A stretch of DNA of 50,232 nucleotides from Octopus bimaculoides (GCF_001194135.2 NC_068998.1:12543946-12594177); one strand, 5' to 3'. Shown: positions 10,351 through 22,086, numbered from the stretch's first letter. Notes: generated by a model not told the origin, from the sequence alone. Made by a program: numbers and translations.

Positions 10351-12833
10351 TTGTTGTCAAGGTTATTAGTTTTGCACTATGTACTCACGCTGTTTCTGCT
10401 TTACTTCCATCCAGCTTGATGTGTTTCGAATGGTTGCATTCTGTGGAAATTCTAAAGCAACAAATGCGGCCTAAATGAACTACTGCCCCCTACATTTGTA
10501 CTGAGTACTTCTCCAAATAGTTACTTAACTGTATATGTGTTGAGTGTATGAAGGAATGATTCCATAAATGGCTTGTTTGTTTTCCTATGTGTTCGTTCTG
10601 TTGTCTGTAAACAAAGTCCGTTTTGTTTTTATATTCCCGTTCATTTTGCTAAAGTCCTGTACCCGAATATGCATCTATATACATATATAGATGTAGGTAT
10701 GTACATATATGTATGTATACATGCATATGCTTATATATCATTTGTATTATATATATATATATATATATATATAAACAATATATATATATATAAACAATAT
10801 ATGAGTATATGCATATATATGTACATGTATGTACATACCTTCATCTACATGTACATATAGATACATATCTGGGTACATGACGTTGCAAAAAAACATGGAC
10901 AAAATGATAAACAAGGTACAAAAAACAAGCAAGCCACATAGAGAACATATCCTTCATCAGCTGCCACCATTAAAACNNNNNNNNNNNNNNNNNNNNNNNN
11001 NNNNNNNNNNNNNNNNNNNNNNNNNNNNNNNNNNNNNNNNNNNNNNNNNNNNNNNNNNNNNNNNNNNNNNNNNNNNNNNNNNNNNNNNNNNNNNNNNNNN
11101 NNNNNNNNNNNNNNNNNNNNNNNNNNNNNNNNNNNNNNNNNNNNNNNNNNNNNNNNNNNNNNNNNNNNNNNNNNNNNNNNNNNNNNNNNNNNNNNNNNNN
11201 NNNNNNNNNNNNNNNNNNNNNNNNNNNNNNNNNNNNNNNNNNNNNNNNNNNNNNNNNNNNNNNNNNNNNNNNNNNNNNNNNNNNNNNNNNNNNNNNNNNN
11301 NNNNNNNNNNNNNNNNNNNNNNNAACACAGATCCATTTAATGCACACTAAATATCATGTACGGTACCAAGAACACATAATATTGATTAACTCGTAATATT
11401 GAACTAAAAAAAAATAATGCGGAAAGTTGAAGTTATTATTATTTTGGAAATACCGGAGCAAGCAATGAAAAATATTATCCCCAACGGTGAGTTTACTCTG
11501 CAGGAAGGAGAGATCCATTTTGAATATTTGCTATAATTATTTAGTAATTTCATACCTGTTTCTCTAATTGCATAGTTTTATAACTTGCTATTTTTTTTTT
11601 TTTTGAAATATAGTTTTATTCATTCCATTACTTCAATTTTTCTGACAGAGATGCGTTCCTCAAATGACAAATCAACGGAGAATATTTTTATAGTTCGTGT
11701 TTGAAATCTCGAGACCCAGAACAGTGTTCTACCCAGCATATCACAACAGCGAATCAGTCACTTAATTGATCTACTAGATGTAAACTAATAGGACCAATCG
11801 AAAGTTTGCATCACATTCTTCACTCACCAATTTAATGTCATTCAGACTAAATTTTAAATTGTATTTTTCATCACGTGTAGTTTCGCTTATATAATCATGG
11901 CTACATTGATGACAACAACTACACCAATACCAGTACTATAGTCCTACCACAACTGTGAGCTAAGACGATGTATATATTCCTACTTCACTTGGTCTTTGCC
12001 TTTAAATTATGATGTACTCTAGTGTTATGGCAAATAACAGAGGAATAAAGTACATTCAAACTTTAGCCACTTTTCAGCAAAACAGCTACTACAATAGGCA
12101 ACATTTTATAGCTCCAACTCCACCCAGCCCCAAATAGTTGTCACATCCAACAATGGTTATTCCGATTCCTTTGATGGTAGTTGATTCTGAATATATTCAA
12201 AACCAGCCAAAATCTGCCATACACATTTATAAAAATGTAAACAAACCGACGCAGCCATCACCACCATCACCCAGCTCTCATATATTTTCGTATACCGATC
12301 CGACAAAGATAATGTAGGATAATTACTGTTTAGAATTTTTTTAAACGAGTTTGAAAACAATTTTTACAGTTTCTCTCACAAGTAATTTGTTTACGACAGA
12401 CGGGGAACAAACAAACCAATCACATTATAAACGTTATTAACGATATCGCTAAGGGCTATATATTAAAAAAAAATGTGATAACATGTGTTGAGATATCAGT
12501 ACATGCCTGTTTATGGCTACTGTTATACGAAAGAAACATTTGAGATATATTTACGGAGCCTCGATATAGGCAAGCTAGAATGGAGTTGTTAGCGCCTTGG
12601 GTAAAAAGGGCTAAGTATCTTTGCATGTAAATGCCATCCACCTTGAATCTCATCTCGGTTCGAGGAGACAAAAGCCTTGGTTTCAAAATACTAAATTAAC
12701 ACACAAGCATGTATATATATGTATTAGTGGGAATATATGTGCACGTACATGTATAAGTATATTTTTGTTTGTATGTTTATGCATGCATATGTATGTGTCT
12801 GTCTCTCTCTCTCTCTCTCTCTCNNNNNNNNNN

Positions 12834-12870
<37 letters not shown>

Positions 12871-13299
12871 TTAATATATCTAAGTGAATAAGTGAATATA
12901 TGAGAATATATGCATATGCCTTTACCTGTATGTTGTGTGTATGTATATATGTATTTAAGCAAACACACGCACACATACACACACACACATACACATTTTG
13001 GGGGAAAAATTAAAGATATTACTTTAAAATATTACTTAAGTGATAACGCAATTTCATTAGTGAAGTTATTAGATTGACCTGATTTGGTGTTTAAAACGTT
13101 TGAAATATTTCCACGAAAGCCGGATATAAAATTAAAAACGTGATCTTGAAATAGCACGTTTTTGCACATGCCGCTCGCAAGTTTAATTTACAAGAAAAAA
13201 AAAAAATACTACACAAAGGTAAACACTTCACAACTTTCAAATATTTTTAAAAAGAGCGGTCCGAGTTCGTTCCCTAGCATAGGAACATTAATTTTTCTA

Positions 13300-13381
13300 T
13301 AGGTGCAATCACGATTGTATAGTTAAAAAGTTTGCTTTACAACCGTATAGTTTCGAGTTCAGTTTTACCGAGCAGCACCTT
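13300..13381 (+). mobile_element. SINE family E, degenerate tRNA-like 5' head
   Basis: AAGTTTGCTTTACAACCGTATAGTTTCGAGTTCAG resembles the reverse complement of the head at 43940-44004. Confidence 0.5.
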
Positions 13382-13720
13382 TCAGCTTACATATTGTAAC
13401 AGGCCCTTAAGAACTCACTCCAAAGCATTCATTTAGTCGATCGTGGTGTAAGTTCATAAGGGCCTGTTACAATATGTAAGCTGAAAGCTTTCACTTGATA
13501 TCTCTTGTTTTGGAGACAATTAATCTTTACAAAATGTATAGGAGTAAATCAAAGCAAAGTCAAAATATAGTCAGTTTGACATTATTTTGATCTACTCCAA
13601 TACCTTCTTAATAAGATTAGTTGTCTCTAAACTTATAGGAGATATCAAGCGGAAGCTTTCAGTGTTTGGACTATTTACGTATTGTAACATGTCCAAAAAC
13701 ATTCACTGAGTTGATCGTGC
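13379..13720. repeat. Compound foldback: two overlapping palindromes, MITE-like
   Basis: Arms 13379-13415 and 13451-13487 match 36/37. Arms 13481-13504 and 13639-13662 match 22/24, with further nested inverted blocks. Confidence 0.8.
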
Positions 13721-13794
13721 CTTCAAATCATGACATCTGAGAAAGCGAAAAGACTATATGTTTATATGTATGGTGGCTTGTATTTCATATCATT

Positions 13795-13884
13795 GCACCT
13801 TGGGCAAGTGTCTTCTACTATAGCCTCGGGCCGACCAAAGCCTTCTGAGTGGGTTTGGTAGACGGAAACTGAAAGAAGCCCGTC

Positions 13885-13890
<6 letters not shown>
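13795..13890 (+). mobile_element. SINE family E central domain
   Basis: GCACCTTGGGCAAGTGTCTTCTACTATAGCC...GACGGAAACTGAAAGAAGCCCGTCG followed by (TA)n. Matches the reverse complements of 35235-35300 and 43860-43930. Confidence 0.85.
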
Positions 13891-13934
<44 letters not shown>

Positions 13935-14308
13935 GTATGTGTGTGTATATGTTNNNNNNNNNNNNNNNNNNNNNNNNNNNNNNNNNNNNNNNNNNNNNNN
14001 NNNNNNNNNNNNNNNNNNNNNNNNNNNNNNNNNNNNNNNNNNNNNNNNNNNNNNNNNNNNNNNNNNNNNNNNNNNNNNNNNNNNNNNNNNNNNNNNNNNN
14101 NNNNNNNNNNNNNNNNNNNNNNNNNNNNNNNNNNNNNNNNNNNNNNNNNNNNNNNNNNNNNNNNNNNNNNNNNNNNNNNNNNNNNNNNNNNNNNNNNNNN
14201 NNNNNNNNNNNNNNNNNNNNNNNNNNNNNNNNNNNNNNNNNNNNNNNNNNNNNNNNNNNNNNNNNNNNNNNNNNNNNNNNNNNNNNNNNNNNNNNNNNNN
14301 NNNNNNNN

Positions 14309-14343
<35 letters not shown>

Positions 14344-14547
14344 ATGTATATATGTATATATGTATGTATGCAAATATGTGGTATGTATGTTGTGATAGGA
14401 AACAAATTTGGTGAATTTTAAATAGGGAGAAATAGCACGCAGATCTAAAACTAATTATTTTGTAAAAAAAAAATTTTTTTTTAAACTATTGTCTTTAATT
14501 AAGTTATTCTCAACGGGTAGAAAGATACTTTTCTGAACATGTAAAAA

Positions 14548-14745
14548 CAGCTTATTCTGAATGTGTAAGAATAAGTCAATTTGTATGTATGGAAATAAGC
14601 TATTTTGTATGTATAGAAATAAACTACTTTGCATGGGTAGAATTAAGTTTATTGTATATACGTGGAAATAGGCTATTCTGAATATGTATGAATCAGCTAT
14701 TCTGAATATTTAGGAATAAGCTATTCTGAATGTGTGAAAATAATA
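14548..14745. repeat. Degenerate ~22-23 bp minisatellite (AATAAGCTATTCTGAATGTGTA-like), ~8-9 units
   Basis: Recurrent GCTATTCTGAAT and GAAATAAGCTA. Confidence 0.8.
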
Positions 14746-14760
14746 CAAGGTTTTTCGAAC

Positions 14761-14820
14761 AACAGTAATTAAAACATTGAATTCAATAATACAGTATTAA
14801 AACATTGAATCCAATAACCA
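14761..14820. repeat. ~29-bp tandem duplication
   Basis: ACAGTAATTAAAACATTGAATTCAATAAT followed by ACAGTATTAAAACATTGAATCCAATAACC. Confidence 0.85.
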
Positions 14821-14879
14821 AACTAGCAATACAAAATAACCGGCACTATTAAACGCAGAAATACCATTCTCAAGATGCT

Positions 14880-15175
14880 TGCTCTTGTACAGATATTTAG
14901 AGCACTTTTAGACCGCATTCAAAACAAGTGCATTAAACTTATTGGTAAAAATTCCTACAAGTACATCACAACCTCTAGCTTACAGATATGCAGGTCCTCT
15001 TTCTTTCTCTCTCCCTTCATCTCCTCTCTTGTATAGTTACAACAGTTGTATCCGCTACTCTAAACTAGATTCAGACATTCATCTATACATATCAAGCACG
15101 CATTTTGCGATTAACACTCAAATAAAATTAGTTATACGCACGAATAAACATTCAAAGAGGTTAGTTGCCTAAAAT
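14880..15175 (+). mobile_element. CR1/L2-group LINE ORF2 C-terminal fragment
   Basis: LLDRIQNKCIKLIG, then frameshifted QPLAYR...PLSF and IRTNKHS, resembling the post-RT LDRVQ...LQPL..RR..SL motif series. Confidence 0.5.
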
Positions 15176-15639
15176 CGTGTAGTTTTGATAATTATACTCA
15201 TACATTTAGTCAGCCCATAACTTTGTGACATGAAAAAAGTTGCCTAAGATTTTTGCACAAATTGACTACTGAAAATTAGAGGAGACATCAATAGAGGAAG
15301 AGAAACGTACCTTAAGAAGTTGGCAATAATCAACCTAATAACAGAAGTTCTAATACAAATGCTGATGAACTGGCCTCTCAAGTACATATATATTGCACGT
15401 CCTTTAAGACAGCATGAGCTTAAAATACTTAAGATGCCGTAACATCATTGATTTATTTCTATGACTGAAAATTAACGGGAACTAAGGGTTTGAAAAACTA
15501 GTAAACAAGATAAGCTACAAATTTTAGAAAGTAACATTTGGTTGACAGTAGTCAAGTACTTTCAGTTTTACTAAAAAGCAACAAACCTTGTCAAAGAGAC
15601 ACGCTGTTCAAAAGCGCATTTAACAAACGGTGATTACTT

Positions 15640-15785
15640 CTGATTCAGACAAAAGGCCATAAATTTTGAGGGAAGCGGGTTAGTCGATTACATACAACTA
15701 TTACGAAACGATGAGAAACAAAGTTGATCTTAGTGAGATTCGAACTCAAAACCTAATGTCCCGGAACAAATGCCGCACTGCATCT
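15640..15785 (-). mobile_element. SINE family B, degenerate and deleted
   Basis: GTCGATTACAT and AAAGTTGATCT...ATTCGAACTCA match minus-strand B copies. Confidence 0.55.
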
Positions 15786-15829
15786 GCTATTATGTGTAGG
15801 ATGTATCCTGTTTTCTGGTAAGATTTTGC

Positions 15830-15970
15830 TGCTTTTTTTCCTAACTCTAGATGAGTTCTAATCGAGACATCTCATCTTTTATTCAAACATGACAGCATTA
15901 TCAAACAGGTTCTTCTTTTAAGACGATAAAGTGAGATTTGAGAAAGGTTTGGCTTTTTTTTTCTAGCGGG
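15830..15970 (-). mobile_element. SINE-like family C fragment
   Basis: Reverse complement GCTAGAAAAAAAAAGCCAAA...GTCTTAAAAGAAG parallels 21005-21060 and 41068-41125. Confidence 0.5.
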
Positions 15971-16539
15971 AAGTGTAGGCATTGCAACTACAGGTGTCTA
16001 TTAGAATTACTTACAGACACTTGGTTAAGTCGACCACATTCTCTGTACTGAGAAAGAACTAATAACAATACTGTCGTATTGAATATGTTAAGAAAATTGA
16101 AACGCAACACAAAGTCATTCTACTGCTATCTCAGAGTTTCTGAAATATTGATATTTGTAGATGTTATCATTCCAGAAGGAAAAACAAATTAAAATAAGTC
16201 CTTGTGAGATTTGATCTCAGAGATATGGAATTCTCAAATACGACATACAACATAATGCTCTTCTTCCTCTTCGACCCCAACCTACAGAAGGTTTTATCGA
16301 TGACGTCGTTATGACAACAGAAAAAACCCCCAGATAAAACAGTTCCATGAGTAATGAATGTAACCTCTTGCGATATTAAGAAATTCTACAAAACTGTAAA
16401 CGTTCATTATTAAGCATTCGTACTCGCGATTAAAGTGCATCTTACTTTTTCTTTATTGAATCATTATCAATAAAGTCTTTATTTTGCTAGCATCTGGTGC
16501 CTAATTGAGAAATATTATTGGATTGACAAAATGCCGTGC

Positions 16540-16680
16540 AGCATTTATTCTGGCATTGAATTAAAATTCCACTAAAGTCAACTTTGCATTTCATCCTTTC
16601 AAGATCGGTAAAATAAAGTACCAGACAAGTACTGGGTTTATGTAATCGACTAATCGCTCCCTCTCAAAATAGTTGTTCAT
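16540..16680 (+). mobile_element. SINE family B, 3' part
   Basis: AAATTCCACTAAAGTCAACTTTGCATTTCATCC...GTAATCGAC. Confidence 0.7.
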
Positions 16681-16719
16681 GCGTTTGAATCAGAAATGCT
16701 CGCCGTTTGTCGGATGCGC

Positions 16720-17225
16720 TTTTCCACAGCTTGCCTTTTTAGGTCGAGCAAAACCCATGACAAGGTGAAAAACATCCAGAATGTCGTCAAGCAATCGTAG
16801 CCTTCTACTAGTTGGATTCTGCGGTAGGTAGAAGTTAAACGTTGATGGTCCATATAAGATTAGTTGTGGCAAAAGCGACGACGTTCTATGGGAAACTCTG
16901 TGTATTAATGAAAATTAACTGGCTGGTAGGCTCTGGAAGAATTTCCGGCCAGACCCCATGGATAATTTCAAGAAAACTTTGGCCTGGCAGTGCTACAGGA
17001 GGGTATTACCGGTTCGAGATAACCTTCACAGGCAAGGAGGTGCCATCATCAGGGGTCGTCCAAGATGCACGTAGAGTGACAAAATTGCTCTGCATGCTCT
17101 CGTCCAGTTCCAGAGCATTGCTGATTTGTAGAGTTATGTCCGCTATTATTTGTAGAACGCATCCAGCTATCAGCTGTGTCCATAGCAAACGTTTTTCCTC
17201 CGACTTTCTTTGTGTTGGGTGAGAC
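16720..17225 (+). mobile_element. L1/Tx1-clade LINE ORF2 fragment (zf-RVT region)
   Basis: Frame starting at 16877: DDVLWETL...MDNFKKTLAWQCYRRVLPVRDNLHRQG...RPRCT*SDKIALHALVQF, a decayed LPVRD..R...CPRC...E...H...C zinc-binding domain with in-frame stops. Confidence 0.75.
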
Positions 17226-17307
17226 TGAAAGGACTAAGGAGAGTTATCATCAACTTTGGCAGCTATCATCAACTTATTCATGTTTCATTTGAAAATAAAA
17301 ATGTAGG

Positions 17308-17436
17308 CATCTAGATATTTGTGCAAATGAAAAATACAAAATACTTCATTTTTGCAAAATAAAGGAAGAAAATGATCAGTTACGAAAGGCAAAAGAAGAA
17401 CGTTTTATAAGAATTCTAAACCCGAAGCTAAACTGG
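17308..17436 (+). mobile_element. Penelope-like GIY-YIG endonuclease C-terminal fragment
   Basis: HLDICANEKYKILHFCKIKEENDQLRKAKEERFIRILNPKLN. R..KE..FI....P.LN is the typical end of PLE GIY-YIG domains. Confidence 0.7.
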
Positions 17437-17554
17437 AAATGCTCAGCACCGCTGCTACTTAAAGCAACTACCTCTATACGAATTAACTTACAACACATGC
17501 ATATAATATGTGGCCCATAAGTTAGCAGAATCTTTACCTTGCTGGTCCCAATGC

Positions 17555-17715
17555 ATAGCGGCATTTCGTCCGTCTTTACGTTCTGAGTTCAAATTCCACC
17601 GAGGTCGACTTTATTTTCATCCTTCCGAGGTGGATAAAATAAGTGATAGCTGTGTTCTAGGGGTCGATATAATCGATTAGCCTCCTTCCACTAAATATCA
17701 GCTCTTTCGCCTATA
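17555..17715 (+). mobile_element. SINE family B, 5'-truncated
   Basis: TTACGTTCTGAGTTCAAATTCCACCGAGGTCGACTTT...GGGGTCGATATAATCGA. Confidence 0.85.
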
Positions 17716-17764
17716 GCAAAAACGAAATGATATGTGGTCTTTGTGACTGTATAACCACGATGGA

Positions 17765-17900
17765 TCGGCAAAGATTTTGGTCAATCGGCAGAATCGTTAG
17801 TGTTTGACAAAATGCATTGTAATGTCAATTTATGCTGAAGTTGAAATCTATACAAGATCGCATTTGCCATTTATTCTCCTGGGGACTATAAAATAAATAC
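17765..17900 (+). mobile_element. SINE family B, highly degenerate
   Basis: GGCAGAATCGTTAG head plus a loosely matching body. Confidence 0.45.
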
Positions 17901-17984
17901 CATTTAGGTAATAAGGAGGGGATGCGATGTACTGTATTCCTAACCCGACACGAGAATCAGGTGCCCTTTATAAAAAAATCATCA

Positions 17985-18316
17985 GCAGCAACAACAACAA
18001 CAGCAACTGCAATAATAGTAGTAGTAATAGTGGTAGTAGTAGTAGTAGTAGTAGTACTGAGATGACTTTTTCTTCATGGTGAATAGCTTCTAATTATTTG
18101 TGTTCTTGCTCCCTCCTACCTCCCTCTCTCTTTCACTCTTTCTCTCTTTCACTCTCACTCTCTCTCTCTCTCTCTCTCTCTTACTCACTCTCACTCATTT
18201 ACACACACTCACACATGCGCCTTTACTCTTTCTGTCTGTCGGTTTCTTCTCTTGACTCTTTTCCTAACCTTCTTGACTCTCATATTTTCCTAAGCGTTTC
18301 TTTAATTCTCTCTATC

Positions 18317-18358
<42 letters not shown>

Positions 18359-18556
18359 ACTCTGTATCTCATTTACTCTCACTTCTCTCTCCCCCTTTCA
18401 CACGTGCCTTTTCTCTTTTAATATTTGTTGGTTTCTTGCCCTGTGTTCCTCTCCCCAGCCCCCTTGTCTCGTTTCTTCCTCAACATTTCTCTATTTCTTC
18501 TTCTTCTTCTTCTTCTTCTTCTTCTTCTTCTTCTTCTTCTTCTTCTTCTTCTTCTT
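17985..18556. repeat. (CAA)/(TAG) tracts, then a CT-rich polypyrimidine field ending in (TTC)n
   Basis: Direct reading; (TTC)n at 18496-18556 abuts a gap. Confidence 0.85.
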
Positions 18557-19726
18557 NNNNNNNNNNNNNNNNNNNNNNNNNNNNNNNNNNNNNNNNNNNN
18601 NNNNNNNNNNNNNNNNNNNNNNNNNNNNNNNNNNNNNNNNNNNNNNNNNNNNNNNNNNNNNNNNNNNNNNNNNNNNNNNNNNNNNNNNNNNNNNNNNNNN
18701 NNNNNNNNNNNNNNNNNNNNNNNNNNNNNNNNNNNNNNNNNNNNNNNNNNNNNNNNNNNNNNNNNNNNNNNNNNNNNNNNNNNNNNNNNNNNNNNNNNNN
18801 NNNNNNNNNNNNNNNNNNNNNNNNNNNNNNNNNNNNNNNNNNNNNNNNNNNNNNNNNNNNNNNNNNNNNNNNNNNNNNNNNNNNNNNNNNNNNNNNNNNN
18901 NNNNNNNNNNNNNNNNNNNNNNNNNNNNNNNNNNNNNNNNNNNNNNNNNNNNNNNNNNNNNNNNATATATATATTCTGTCTTTTTACTCTATCTTTCTAT
19001 ATATCAACTTCCAAATGACGAAATTCAAGAAATACAAAAAGTAAAGAATTGAATATCTCAAAGTGTATTCTTCATCAGATGCAACTGTCATCCGGTACAT
19101 ATGCCACGGCACATGCCAGTACTCGCCTTTCAATTTAAGGTTTCTCAGAGAAAACTGTCCATCTATTCAGACAAAATTTTTATACACCAGAAAGTCGCCC
19201 ATCTTTAAACTAAAGGCTGATATAAAAGTCACTTTATAGCGTCCGCATTCAACGAGTTCCATTGTCTCCGACTTTCATTTTTGCATTATGACAGGTCTTT
19301 AATGTCAGCTAGTCGATCATTACAACGATACCACCCAACACACGATTATTCTTTTATGTTGTTCTTATTGTCGTTATTGTGTTTTTATTGATGCAGTGGT
19401 GGTGGTGGTGGTAGTGGTGGTGGCGGCGGAGGTAGCGGTGCTGTTGTTGTGATGTAATAAATGTTGTGGCTTCTGTTGATCTTTTTAACTCCAGCGTGTT
19501 GCTCTTACAGCTGAAGTTCTGGCTGGTACTGTAGCTGTTATCTTACGTAATGCTACTATCTACACATTGTATTAACATTACTACTACTACTACTACTACT
19601 ACAGACATATGTATATGACAGGTAGTAATCTTTTGTACTATAGGTGCAAGACCTGAAATTGGTGGTATGTTGTGGAGTGTGGGGCTCTTCGAATATTCTT
19701 GGGTCTAGTGTTAAATTAGGGTTTCT

Positions 19727-19858
19727 TTTCTAATCGGCCCCGAATAGATGAGAGGAAAAGTCGACTTAGGTGGAATTTGAACTCAGAACATAAAGACGGA
19801 CGAAATACTGCTAAGCAATTACCCGACGTGCTTAACGGTTCTGCCAGCTCGCCATCTT
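19727..19858 (-). mobile_element. SINE family B, 5' half
   Basis: AAAGTCGACTT...GAATTTGAACTCAGAAC...TCTGCCAGCTCGCC. Confidence 0.85.
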
Positions 19859-19903
19859 GGCATACATAATAATACACACAAATGTATGTCATATGCGTGT
19901 ACA

Positions 19904-19944
<41 letters not shown>

Positions 19945-19953
19945 CTCTCTCTT

Positions 19954-20031
<78 letters not shown>

Positions 20032-20435
20032 NNNNNNNNNNNNNNNNNNNNNNNNNNNNNNNNNNNNNNNNNNNNNNNNNNNNNNNNNNNNNNNNNNNNN
20101 NNNNNNNNNNNNNNNNNNNNNNNNNNNNNNNNNNNNNNNNNNNNNNNNNNNNNNNNNNNNNNNNNNNNNNNNNNNNNNNNNNNNNNNNNNNNNNNNNNNN
20201 NNNNNNNNNNNNNNNNNNNNNNNNNNNNNNNNNNNNNNNNNNNNNNNNNNNNNNNNNNNNNNNNNNNNNNNNNNNNNNNNNNNNNNNNNNNNNNNNNNNN
20301 NNNNNNNNNNNNNNNNNNNNNNNNNNNNNNNNNNNNNNNNNNNNNNNNNNNNNNNNNNNNNNNNNNNNNNNNNNNNNNNNNNNNNNNNNNNNNNNNNNNN
20401 NNNNNNNNNNNNNNNNNNNNNNNNNNNNNNNNNNN

Positions 20436-20478
<43 letters not shown>

Positions 20479-20599
20479 CGCAGCAGTGGTCGACCATTGG
20501 TTTGATTTGAGCAATCTCTAGAAAAAGTTTCCCCATTTTCCTCGGATCACGGTTGTACCTTTTAAAATATAGAAAGGGTGAAGAATGACATGCTAAATA

Positions 20600-20700
20600 A
20601 TGAGTCTCTTATTACCCCTCAAAATCGGACAGTCATGGGCGCAATACCCTTTATCTGCTCAACTAAAGCTAACCAAGGGTCAAACATCAACAAGAACTAG
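20600..20700 (+). mobile_element. SINE-like family C, 3' fragment
   Basis: TCTGCTCAACTAAAGCTAACCAAGGGTCAAACATCAACAA parallels 41222-41265. Confidence 0.5.
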
Positions 20701-20806
20701 TGCCGTTCACTTGATTGGATGTCTTTTCAGGCACAAGACACAAGACACTCAACTGCACCGAAGCTTCAGATTTATTAGAGATGTATTAGATTTAGAAAAA
20801 TGACAA

Positions 20807-20850
20807 AGCTACTCTGAAGAGCTGCAAGAACAGAGAAAAGATAACTAGCT
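20807..20850 (+). ncRNA. Decayed minimal type-I hammerhead ribozyme motif
   Basis: AGCTACT-CTGAAGA-GCTG-caagaa-CAGA-GAAA-AGA-TA-ACTAGCT. Stem I pairs 6/7 and stem II 3/4. Confidence 0.45.
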
Positions 20851-20989
20851 TAAGGGCAATTTACAAATATTGAGTAATAATATTAACTAAAATATATATT
20901 CTACAAATAATAAGGAAGGTAAACATTATTTTGGGACATTGGATTAAAGTGAGATAATTTTTTCTGGATTAATGTTCAACACCCTTAGT

Positions 20990-21080
20990 GTCCATCATCC
21001 TTGCGCTGCTAGAAATAACAGCCAAATATTCCAAAATGAGACCATACTGACTTAAAGAATAAATGTATAAATAGGACAAC
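20990..21080 (+). mobile_element. SINE-like family C, 5' fragment
   Basis: CTAGAAATAACAGCCAAAT versus CTAGATATAGCAGTCAAAT at 41069. Confidence 0.5.
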
Positions 21081-21090
21081 GTCCTTTGTA

Positions 21091-21319
21091 TATTGGCTTC
21101 AAAATTTTGGCACAAGGCCAGCAGTTTTGGAGAAGAGAGTAAGTCGATTACTTCGCCCCCTATCTCCACAGTGCACTCAACTGGTATTTATTTAATCGAC
21201 ATCGAAAGGATGAAAGGCAAAGTCGAGCTCGGTGGCATTTTAACTCAGAACGAGAAGACGGACGATATGCCGTTAAGTATTTCGCCCGGCATGCTAACGT
21301 CTCTGCCAGTTCGCTGCCT
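21091..21319 (-). mobile_element. SINE family B, full length
   Basis: Full-length reverse-complement match to the other B copies. Confidence 0.9.
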
Positions 21320-22034
21320 CAATTGTCCCATGTCTTTTAAGAATTGCATGGTTCGGGTTGTAACGTCTTTGATTATAATTGTTCCCGGTCAGGAATCAAC
21401 TTGGATAAAGATAAGTAGACTCAATCGTTGCCCTAAGACTTCGTGTAATGCCGCGAACAGAATGCGAACCATCACATCGTTCAGCTGGTTGTCCTGGTAT
21501 TCTGTCATCTCAGCATCGATGCTTATCGTTTAAACTTCAAGTAAATGCTAAATATGATAAAATAGATATCCATATTTTAATTATTTCTTCAATAAACTAC
21601 TTATTAGCACGCACAATGTCTAAATGAGAAAGTGCATAGGGGAAATGAAATAAAATATTACGGACATTTGGAATGCGGTATTCAAAAAATAAAATTAGAG
21701 AAAATATATTAATTCAAAAATAAGATAACGTAATGTATTTTTCGTCTGTTTTACTTTTTTTTAAAGATAATTATTTATGATTACAAAGGACTAGTGTTGT
21801 GTGATGTCAAGTAAAACAAATAACAGGTACCATAAACAATCAAAATATTGTTTTTCATTTCCAAGGAAACCAATGAGTATAGAATTGAGGATGATTAATA
21901 GACTTATTATGATGAGAATTTGTAATTTATACCAAAACTTATTTGTATATTTTTTTTAAATATTGCAACTGATAATTAACAGCTCAATCGCTGCTTCACA
22001 GCATTTATGACAGAGTACACACAGAGAGACACGC

Positions 22035-22086
22035 ACACATGTATGTATGTATGTATGTATGTATGTATGTATGTATGTATGTATGT
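22035..22086. repeat. (TATG)n microsatellite
   Basis: Direct reading. Similar tracts at 24100-24190, 37640-38010 and 43520-43560. Confidence 0.9.

Noticed and set aside
10940-10975. Minus-strand CTGATGAAGG
   Set aside because: No GAAA or stem III follows.
11487-11648. GTGAGT...TGACAG 162-nt intron-like segment
   Set aside because: The upstream exon lacks an acceptor tract, and the joined peptide is short, unrecognisable and quickly stops. It needs RNA-seq support.
16842-17222. 126-aa ORF and the antisense 60-aa ORF
   Set aside because: Both are off-frame reads of the L1/Tx1 fragment, whose real frame has stops.
19060-19085. Minus-strand CTGATGAAGAAT...ATTC
   Set aside because: A stem is possible but GAAA is replaced by AATT.
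21093-21533. 146-aa ORF and an overlapping ~46-codon minus-strand frame (21388-21530)
   Set aside because: The first half is SINE B. The remainder has no recognisable motif or convincing splice sites.
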